Part shown: one piece after another, positions 45,510 through 52,589 of the stretch
Numbering within the stretch: position 1 is the stretch's first letter
Layout: each line of letters starts with the position of its first letter
Assembly: GCA_035501775.1 (NCBI GenBank)
Contig: DATJVM010000064.1
Location: 81,171 to 145,170 of the forward strand
Direction of reading: 5' to 3'
Length of the DNA: 64,000 bases
Origin: Gemmatimonadales bacterium
Lineage (GTDB): Bacteria; Gemmatimonadota; Gemmatimonadetes; Gemmatimonadales; GWC2-71-9
Made by a program: the position numbers and the translations under genes
The notes under the pieces: generated by a model
What the model was told of the DNA's origin: nothing
Seen by the model: only the letters and a program-made list of their open reading frames with translations
Databases searched by the model: none

Positions 45510-47453
45510 ATGCGCCGCGGAACCTCGCTCGGCCTTGCTCTCGCCTGCGCCGCAGCCTGCGCTCGTGTGCCACCCGGCACTCCCGTACCCGCCTCGGGGC
45601 CGAGCCGTCTTCCGCCCGTGCCTCTCGTGCGGGGCCCGCTACGGATCGCGGTGGTTTACCCCGCTCCGACGGACGTGGTTGACGTCCGCGATTCCATCTT
45701 CCTGTTCGGCAGCGTGGGGACCGGTCTCGCCCAGCTCACGGTGAACGGTGCCCCCGTGCGGGTCTGGCCCGATGGCGGGTGGCTGGCCTGGGTGGCCGCG
45801 CCGAATCCAGCCGATTCGATCATGTCTTTCATCCTCGCCGCTCGGACCGCGGGAGACTCCGCCACGCTGGTCTATCCGGTCCGACGCTCGCGGCGGTTCA
45901 TCCCCCCGCCGAGCGGAGTCTGGATTGACTCGGCTTCGGCGACCCCCGCCGGGCGGGTCTGGTGGCCGGCCGGAGAGTACCTCCCACTGAGCATACGCGC
46001 CGCGGAAGGTGCTACGGTGCGGGTCCGCTTTCCCGGCGGTCTGGTGGTACCGCTTGCTCCCGATGCAGGGCTGGGGGAGGTATCGGTCGCAATCCGCGCG
46101 TTCGATCGAGACACGAACAACCTGGTGGCGCCCCGGGAGGCGGATCGCTACACCGGCGCGATTCGCGGGCTGGCCGTGGGCAGTGATCCGGGGCCGTTCC
46201 TTGGCCACGGACCGGGTCCTTCGCCCGGTGGGGACAGCGGAGCCGTGGTGGAAGCGATCCTCGGCTCTGATACCGCACGAGTCCGATGGCCCCTGCGCAT
46301 CGCTCTGCTCGACACTGTGCCGGACCTGATGGAATTCAACGATGATACCGCTGGAACCGGGACTACCGATAGTCTCACCGTCGGGAGGGCGCGTCCTGGT
46401 GCCACTTACCATTGGTTCTTCCCGACGGGAACCCGAGTCGTGGCCAGCGGTCGCCTGGGAGACGATCTGCGGGTGCGCCTCTCGCGCGGGCAGGAGGCGT
46501 GGGTGGCCGCCCCCGATGCAGTGCCGCTGCCCCGCGGAGGGGCGGACTTGCGTGGGACGGTGGGGTCCCTGACCCTCACTCCCGCTCCTGACCGACTGAC
46601 GCTGCGCGTGCCAGTCACGGAGCGCGTTCCGTTCCGCGTGGAGGAGAGCGCGGGGCGTCTCACCCTGCGCCTCTACAACGCGGTCAGCGACGCCAACTGG
46701 ACCCGCTACGGTCGGACTGACCCTTACGTGCGGGACATCAGCTGGCAGCAGGAGACGGCCGACGAACTGACCATCACCCTGACCCTCTCCGGTCCGGTCT
46801 GGGGCTACCGTGCCCGGTGGGACCGGAACGACCTGCTCTTCGAAGTTCACCGACCGCCGGCCATTCATGCGGGCCGGCCCCTGGAAGGGTTGCTCATCGT
46901 GGTCGATCCGGGACACCCCCCGCTCGGGGCCACCGGCCCGACCGGACTCCGTGAGGCAGAGGCAAACCTGCACGTCGCCTTATTGCTCCGCGACCTGCTG
47001 GCGGAGGGAGGCGCCCGTGTCGTCATGACGCGGAGCGCCGACCAGAGCCTCGAGTTGTGGCCGCGGGTGAAGCTGGCGGACAGCCTCGGCGCAGATCTCC
47101 TGATCTCGGTGCATAACAACGCCCTGCCGGATGGGGTGAACCCCTTCACGAATAGCGGCGCCAGCGTTTTCTATAATCATCCGCGGAGCCTCCCCTTGGC
47201 GCGGGAGATCCAGGCCGCTCTGGTGGAGCGGCTCGGGGTTCGCGACCTGGGCGTCGCCCGGGGCGACCTGGCCCTGGTCCGCCCGACCTGGATGCCGGCG
47301 GTCCTAACCGAGGGACTCTTCATGATGCTGCCTGACCAGGAGGCGGCGCTGCGCAGTCCGGATGGGCAGCGGGCCTATGCGCTCGCCGTTCGCGATGGGA
47401 TCGTTCACTATCTGCAACGTGTGGCGGAAGGGTCGGGACCGAACGTCCCCTGA
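45510..47453 (+). CDS. N-acetylmuramoyl-L-alanine amidase (Amidase_3) with a long uncharacterised N-terminal region
   Basis: C-terminal VVDPGHPPLGATGPTGLREAEANLHVAL...ADLLISVHNNA...GASVFY...LTEGLFM. Lipoprotein-like N-terminus LALACAAAC from ATG 45510. Confidence 0.8.
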   Translation: MRRGTSLGLALACAAACARVPPGTPVPASGPSRLPPVPLVRGPLRIAVVYPAPTDVVDVRDSIFLFGSVGTGLAQLTVNGAPVRVWPDGGWLAWVAAPNPADSIMSFILAARTAGDSATLVYPVRRSRRFIPPPSGVWIDSASATPAGRVWWPAGEYLPLSIRAAEGATVRVRFPGGLVVPLAPDAGLGEVSVAIRAFDRDTNNLVAPREADRYTGAIRGLAVGSDPGPFLGHGPGPSPGGDSGAVVEAILGSDTARVRWPLRIALLDTVPDLMEFNDDTAGTGTTDSLTVGRARPGATYHWFFPTGTRVVASGRLGDDLRVRLSRGQEAWVAAPDAVPLPRGGADLRGTVGSLTLTPAPDRLTLRVPVTERVPFRVEESAGRLTLRLYNAVSDANWTRYGRTDPYVRDISWQQETADELTITLTLSGPVWGYRARWDRNDLLFEVHRPPAIHAGRPLEGLLIVVDPGHPPLGATGPTGLREAEANLHVALLLRDLLAEGGARVVMTRSADQSLELWPRVKLADSLGADLLISVHNNALPDGVNPFTNSGASVFYNHPRSLPLAREIQAALVERLGVRDLGVARGDLALVRPTWMPAVLTEGLFMMLPDQEAALRSPDGQRAYALAVRDGIVHYLQRVAEGSGPNVP

Positions 47454-47480
47454 CACGAGGCCCCGCCACACGGAATCACA

Positions 47481-49709
47481 ATGCCAGCACGTTTCCATCT
47501 GCTCCGCTACGGTGCCGGCTTGATGTTGTTTGCCGCGGTGCCCGTATGCGCCCAGTCGCCGAGTGACCGGGCGGCCATCGCCCGGTTCAGCGACTCGCTG
47601 GAGAACCTGGAAGACAGCAGCGCCCTGCGCGACCTCGAAGCGCGGCTCATCGAGGTGGCCAAGGCCGACCGCGACAACGCGATGCATCACCTGCGTCTGG
47701 GTTTCGTGGCGCTCCGCCTCGGCGATGTCTCGGGCAAGACGCACTACGACGATGCCGCCGGTGAGTTCGAGTGGGCCACGGAGCTGCAGCCCCAGTGGCC
47801 CTGGGGCTGGTACGGCCTCGGCATCGCGGAGGACCGAATCGGCGATTCCGAGGTGTCCCTGGTACAGGGCCTCCAGGCCATGTTCGGCAAGGATCACCTG
47901 AGTCGGGCCGCCAACGCCTACGCCCATTCGGTGCAGGTGGATCCGTCCTTCGTGCGGGGCCTGGTGGACCTTGCCGCCACCGCGTTACGCCAGCGAATCA
48001 ACATCAAGATCGACCTGGCCCGCGAGGCGCTGCGTCAGGCGGCCCTCACCTCCGCAGCGGCCAATCCCGAAGTGCTGCTCTACCGGGGTCGGGTGGAGCG
48101 GGAGGTGGGGGATATCGACTCCGCGACTGCCGCGTTCCGCGGCTATCTCGTTCGCGGTGGCAACCGGGGACTGGGCCTGCTCGAGCTGGCGCGAACCGAG
48201 CTTCTCCGCGGCTCCCTCCGCGGGCAGCTGCCCTACTATGAGGGGGCCGCCAGCGACGATTCGACCTCGGTGGCCGGGTATCGGCAGGACCTGGAGGTCA
48301 TCGCCAACGACAGCGCCCTCGCCGAGTTCGATCACAGCACCGCGGCCCGGCGGGTGGCTTTCCTGCATCGTTTCTGGGGGCAGCGCGACCGGGCCTCCCT
48401 GCTCGTGGACGGGGCGCGCCTGTGCGAACATTATCGCCGGATCTTTTACGCGCGGAAGAACTTCCAGCTGGTCAGCTCCAACCGGCACTACGATATCGTC
48501 GAGCGATTCCGGAGCGGCAATCCGGATTTCGACGATCGGGGAGTGATCTACATCCGGCACGGCGAACCCACGGAGCGCGCCTCCTATGACGCACCCGGCA
48601 TGCCGCTCAACGAATCCTGGTATTACAAGCGAGCGGATGGGGATCTGGTGTTCCACTTCGTGGCCCGGGAAAAGGTCGGCGACTACCGGCTGGTCGAGAG
48701 CGTGTTCGATATCCTGGGGTTCGGAAGATCCCTGGCGATCCGGGGCGATCGTGAGTCGCCGGCGGACGCGGAGCGGGCCGATCAGCTGGTGCTGACCCGG
48801 GAAGACTTCTCTCCAGTCTATACGCACCTGCTGTCGAGCAGCAATGTGGGAGCGCAGAAGTATTTCACCGAAGAGCGAATGCTGGGGCGCCACAGCATCG
48901 CCATCGGGACCCACTCCGACAGCTACGAGATCTCGTACGCCCGTCACCTCGATGCCCTCACCAGCGTGGTGGTGGCGGGCCATGATTCGAGCGAGAGCCT
49001 CCTGCATGTGTCCTACGCCATACCCGGCTCCGCCCTGCACGAGGTCCCCAGCGACCGGGGCCACCTTTACCCCGTGCGGCTCCGCTTGAGCGTCACCGAC
49101 CGAACCGGCCGTCTCGTCGCCGCCATCGACACGACCCGGCTCTTCCTCGCGACCGACCCGGTACCGGCTCAGGAACACTTGGTCGGACAGGTGAGCGTGC
49201 CGGTGATACCGGGCGAGCTGGTCTATCGTATCGCACTCGAGCAAGGCAGCGACAACGGCACCGTTCTGCCCGCAGACACCATCACGGCCGGAGACTTCGA
49301 GGGGCACCTGTTTTCCCTGAGCGGGCTGGTGGTCGGGCTTCGAGACGCCCACCTCGCCTGGTTGCCAGCTCCGGGGGATACCGTCTGGTTCAACCCGCTC
49401 GGGCGGTTTCGTCGCGCGGCGGAGATGGAGCTGTATTACGAGGTATATGGCGCTCCCGCCGGCGCCGGGCTCAAGACGGAGGTTGCGGTCACCAAGGAAG
49501 GGGGCGGCGGCTTCCTGGGCCTCTTTGGGTCCAAGAAGCCGGCGATTCATCTCGGCTTCGAGGATCAGAGCGAAGGGACCGAGAGCCGCTTTCACCGGAC
49601 GCTGTCCCTCGAGCGTCTGTCCACTGGCCGCTACCACCTCGATGTCAGCGTCACGAATCCGGACGGCGTGACCCGCCGCAGCCACGCGACCTTCGAGGTC
49701 GTACCGTAA
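47481..49709 (+). CDS. Secreted GWxTD-domain-like protein with N-terminal TPR-like region
   Basis: Signal peptide. FLHRFWGQRD...EHYRRIFYARKNF...DDRGVIYIRHGEPTE resembles the GWxTD family core, with a degenerate motif. 742 aa. Confidence 0.55.
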   Translation: MPARFHLLRYGAGLMLFAAVPVCAQSPSDRAAIARFSDSLENLEDSSALRDLEARLIEVAKADRDNAMHHLRLGFVALRLGDVSGKTHYDDAAGEFEWATELQPQWPWGWYGLGIAEDRIGDSEVSLVQGLQAMFGKDHLSRAANAYAHSVQVDPSFVRGLVDLAATALRQRINIKIDLAREALRQAALTSAAANPEVLLYRGRVEREVGDIDSATAAFRGYLVRGGNRGLGLLELARTELLRGSLRGQLPYYEGAASDDSTSVAGYRQDLEVIANDSALAEFDHSTAARRVAFLHRFWGQRDRASLLVDGARLCEHYRRIFYARKNFQLVSSNRHYDIVERFRSGNPDFDDRGVIYIRHGEPTERASYDAPGMPLNESWYYKRADGDLVFHFVAREKVGDYRLVESVFDILGFGRSLAIRGDRESPADAERADQLVLTREDFSPVYTHLLSSSNVGAQKYFTEERMLGRHSIAIGTHSDSYEISYARHLDALTSVVVAGHDSSESLLHVSYAIPGSALHEVPSDRGHLYPVRLRLSVTDRTGRLVAAIDTTRLFLATDPVPAQEHLVGQVSVPVIPGELVYRIALEQGSDNGTVLPADTITAGDFEGHLFSLSGLVVGLRDAHLAWLPAPGDTVWFNPLGRFRRAAEMELYYEVYGAPAGAGLKTEVAVTKEGGGGFLGLFGSKKPAIHLGFEDQSEGTESRFHRTLSLERLSTGRYHLDVSVTNPDGVTRRSHATFEVVP

Positions 49710-49752
49710 GATCCTACGTAACTCCAACGCCTTTCGGCACTTGACTCTAACT

Positions 49753-49776
49753 GACCGAACCGCCTAAGGTTCGGTC
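49753..49776 (+). promoter_or_regulatory. Perfect 9-bp stem hairpin abutting the kinase start codon and covering its AAGG Shine-Dalgarno-like element
   Basis: GACCGAACC (49753-49761) / loop GCCTAA / GGTTCGGTC (49768-49776), followed immediately by the ATG at 49777. Confidence 0.5.
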
Positions 49777-51852
49777 ATGTTCTGTTCCCGCTGCGGCACC
49801 GAAGTCCAGAAGGTGACGCAATTCTGCCCCACCTGCGGTCTCGACCTGCGTGTGACTTCTCCCGTCCAGGCTATCGCGGCTGGAGATGTCACGGAACTCG
49901 AGATCGTCCGCGAGGCGCTGGAAGGTGAGTACGAGCTGGTGGAGGAACTGGGGCGGGGCGGGATGGCCATCGTCTACCGAGCCCGGGACAAGCATCTCGA
50001 GCGCGAGGTAGCCGCGAAGATCCTTCCGTTCTCGCTCGCGTTCGACGCGGAATTCGTAGAGCGCTTCACCCGGGAAGCCCGGACGGCGGCCGGTCTCGAA
50101 CATCCCAACATCATCCCCATCTACCGGGTCGGCAAGACCGGTCGCGTCATCTACTTCGTCATGAAGTTGCTCCGGGGGGGCTCGCTCTCTCGGGTGCTGG
50201 CCGAGCGGCAGAAGCTCACGCCGGCGGAGATTCGGAAGCTCCTGGTCGATGTCGGCGGGGCGCTCGGCTATGCCCACAAGCGGGGCATCGTGCACCGCGA
50301 CATCAAGCCGGATAACGTGATGTTCGACGAGTTCGGCCAATGCGTCGTCACCGATTTCGGCATCGCGAAGGCGGGAACCAGCTCCCGCCTGACCGGCACG
50401 GGGATGTCGATCGGGACTCCCCACTACATGAGCCCGGAACAGGCGAGGGCGCAGAGCATCGACGGCCGGAGCGACCTGTACAGCCTGGGGATCGTCGCCT
50501 ATCAGGCGCTCGTGGGCGAGGTGCCGTACGACGGTGAGGACAGCTTCTCGATCGGGTACAAGCACATCATGGAACCGATCCCGGTCCCGTTGCTCGACAC
50601 CGTCGAGGAGCGCCGGCTGTTCGAGGTCATCAAGCGGCTTATCATGAAGGACCCGCTGGACCGGTTCCAGGACGCGGAAGCCCTGCTCAAGGCCCTCGAG
50701 GGGCAGCCGCGCGAGTCGGTGGCGCAGCGGCGCGTATCGGCGGCGCAGGCGCTCATGGCAGGCCAGTCCACCACGCCTCTTCCAGCCCAGTCGATCATGT
50801 TGCAGCCCGCGTCGGGCGCCCCGGGGCTCCGCGCCGCGCCGCCCTCGCCGCCGTCCGGCGCGCCCGCCGTGTCAGTCGGCCGCGGGCCCGATACGCCGCG
50901 GCGTCCGGTGATGCGGCGATCGGTTGCGGCGGCGGAGCCCGCCGGCACCAACTGGGCGCCCTGGCTGCTGGCGCTGCTGGCGGTGCTGATGTTCGGGGTG
51001 GGTGCCTCCTATCTCTACCGCCACGGCCTCCTCGGTGGTACGCCGGGGCCGACCGGGACGACGGCCGTTCCCACAACCGACTCCGCCACGCCGGCCCCAC
51101 AGGACAGCGTTGCGGTCCGCGATTCCGAGTTTCTCGGTCCGGAGCTGTCGCGCTTCGATTCGACGGCGCAGGCGGCTGAGGCGACCCCCACGCCCGCGCC
51201 CCATCTCCGGCCAGCCGCTCCGGGCGGCCCGCGCCCCCCCGCACCCGGCCCGACCGGTGGCGACAACGGTGTGCTGCAGTTGATCAACCTGCCACCCAGA
51301 AGCGAGATCCTGATCGACGGCAAGCCGATCACCCAGCCCGGCGCGGGAATCACCCTTGCTCCCGGCATGCATGAGCTCGCGATCTCTGCCCCGGACTACC
51401 AGTTCTTCACTGAGAGCGTGGCCGTCGAATCGGGGAAGACGCTTCACTACACGCCGGCGCTCAGCGCCTCGAACGAGCCCCCGCCTCCTCCCGGGTCGCG
51501 CGCCGAGCTGCGCCGCCGCATCCTGGCGCGCCTGGACTGCGACAATCCGACTCCGCTCAATCGCTTCGGGGCGGACTGCTATGATGCGCGGCCACGGCTC
51601 CTGGGGGCCAACGCCAATCGGGTCCCGGTGCCGGCGGGAGTGCAGGGAACACCGTCCATGGTGGTGCTCGTCGTCAAGGTGTCCCGTCAAGGGAAGACGC
51701 TCCAGATCCGCACCCGCGCCCCCTCGAATGAGCCCGCCTTCACCCGCGCGGTTGAGTCCTACGCGGACTCGCTGCGCTGGGCGCCCGCGCTGCGTGACGG
51801 GCAGCCGGTGGATGGCTGGACCCAAGCCGCGTTCGTGCCCGCAACACCGTGA
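49777..51852 (+). CDS. Ser/Thr protein kinase: zinc ribbon - kinase - TM - PEGA-like - TonB_C-like
   Basis: N-terminus CSRCGTEVQKVTQFCPTCG. Kinase motifs GRGGMAIVYRARD, VAAKIL, HRDIKPDNVMF, DFGIAK and TPHYMSPEQ. TM WAPWLLALLAVLMFGVGASYLY. A PEGA-like segment (LPPRSEILIDGKPI...GMHELAISAPDY) is followed by a TonB C-terminal-like end. Confidence 0.85.
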   Translation: MFCSRCGTEVQKVTQFCPTCGLDLRVTSPVQAIAAGDVTELEIVREALEGEYELVEELGRGGMAIVYRARDKHLEREVAAKILPFSLAFDAEFVERFTREARTAAGLEHPNIIPIYRVGKTGRVIYFVMKLLRGGSLSRVLAERQKLTPAEIRKLLVDVGGALGYAHKRGIVHRDIKPDNVMFDEFGQCVVTDFGIAKAGTSSRLTGTGMSIGTPHYMSPEQARAQSIDGRSDLYSLGIVAYQALVGEVPYDGEDSFSIGYKHIMEPIPVPLLDTVEERRLFEVIKRLIMKDPLDRFQDAEALLKALEGQPRESVAQRRVSAAQALMAGQSTTPLPAQSIMLQPASGAPGLRAAPPSPPSGAPAVSVGRGPDTPRRPVMRRSVAAAEPAGTNWAPWLLALLAVLMFGVGASYLYRHGLLGGTPGPTGTTAVPTTDSATPAPQDSVAVRDSEFLGPELSRFDSTAQAAEATPTPAPHLRPAAPGGPRPPAPGPTGGDNGVLQLINLPPRSEILIDGKPITQPGAGITLAPGMHELAISAPDYQFFTESVAVESGKTLHYTPALSASNEPPPPPGSRAELRRRILARLDCDNPTPLNRFGADCYDARPRLLGANANRVPVPAGVQGTPSMVVLVVKVSRQGKTLQIRTRAPSNEPAFTRAVESYADSLRWAPALRDGQPVDGWTQAAFVPATP

Positions 51853-52394
51853 CCGCGTCCCGAATCCATCCCTCGGCCTTCATTGCTCCCTCGGCCATGG
51901 TGATGGGCGAGGTCGAGGTCGGTGAGGAATCGAGCATCTGGTACACCTCGGTACTCCGCGGCGACATGGCCCCGATCCGGATTGGGTCCCAGACCAACCT
52001 GCAGGACGGAACCATCGTGCACGTGGATGAAGGAGTGCCGTGTACGATCGGGAACCGGGTCGGGGTGGGCCACCGGGTCATTCTTCACGGCTGCACCGTC
52101 GAGGATGAATGCCTCATCGGCATGGGCAGTATTCTGCTTAACGGAGTGGTGATTGGTCGGGGCAGCCTGGTCGCGGCCGGCGCGGTGGTGCTGGAGGGAC
52201 AACGGGTGCCGCCGGGCTCGCTGGTGATGGGGTTGCCGGGGCGGGTGATCCGGCCGGTGACGGCGGAGTTGACGCGGCGGATCGAGGCCACCTGGCGGCA
52301 CTACGTGGCGCAAGCGAAGCGGCATCGAAGCGGCGCCTTTCCACTTGTCAAGGGCGGTGATCACGCGGAGCGTCCGAGTTCGGCAACGCGGTGA
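51849..52394 (+). CDS. Gamma-class carbonic anhydrase / hexapeptide-repeat (LbH) family protein
   Basis: VMGEVEVGEESSIWYTSVLRGDMAPIRIGSQTNLQDGTIVH..., typical of YrdA/PaaY-like proteins. GTG start overlaps the kinase stop. Confidence 0.85.
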   Translation: MTASRIHPSAFIAPSAMVMGEVEVGEESSIWYTSVLRGDMAPIRIGSQTNLQDGTIVHVDEGVPCTIGNRVGVGHRVILHGCTVEDECLIGMGSILLNGVVIGRGSLVAAGAVVLEGQRVPPGSLVMGLPGRVIRPVTAELTRRIEATWRHYVAQAKRHRSGAFPLVKGGDHAERPSSATR

Positions 52395-52445
52395 AAGCCG
52401 CGGCGAGGCGCGGATGCTATTTTTGTGATGTGAAAAGCGGTTTCG

Positions 52446-52459
52446 CACGTAATTGCGTG
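52446..52459. promoter_or_regulatory. Near-palindrome CACGTAATTGCGTG in the AT-richer nrdJ leader (candidate operator)
   Basis: 12 of 14 positions are self-complementary. Lies in the 195-bp gene-free region upstream of nrdJ. The regulator is unknown. Confidence 0.3.
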
Positions 52460-52589
52460 GGTTTTTCGGTGTATTGTCGGCGGGGGGAGGGCCTCCTACC
52501 TTTGACTTCCGTTTTTCCTCTGTCACACACTCGTGATCTCGCGATCGTCTGTCGGTGACAGGCGTTCGCCTCGACGTCAGGGACGGGCC

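Noticed and set aside
52395-52589. Cobalamin riboswitch upstream of nrdJ
   Set aside because: No B12-box or GGGAA/GGTG core is visible. In addition, a B12-dependent enzyme is not the usual target of B12-mediated repression.
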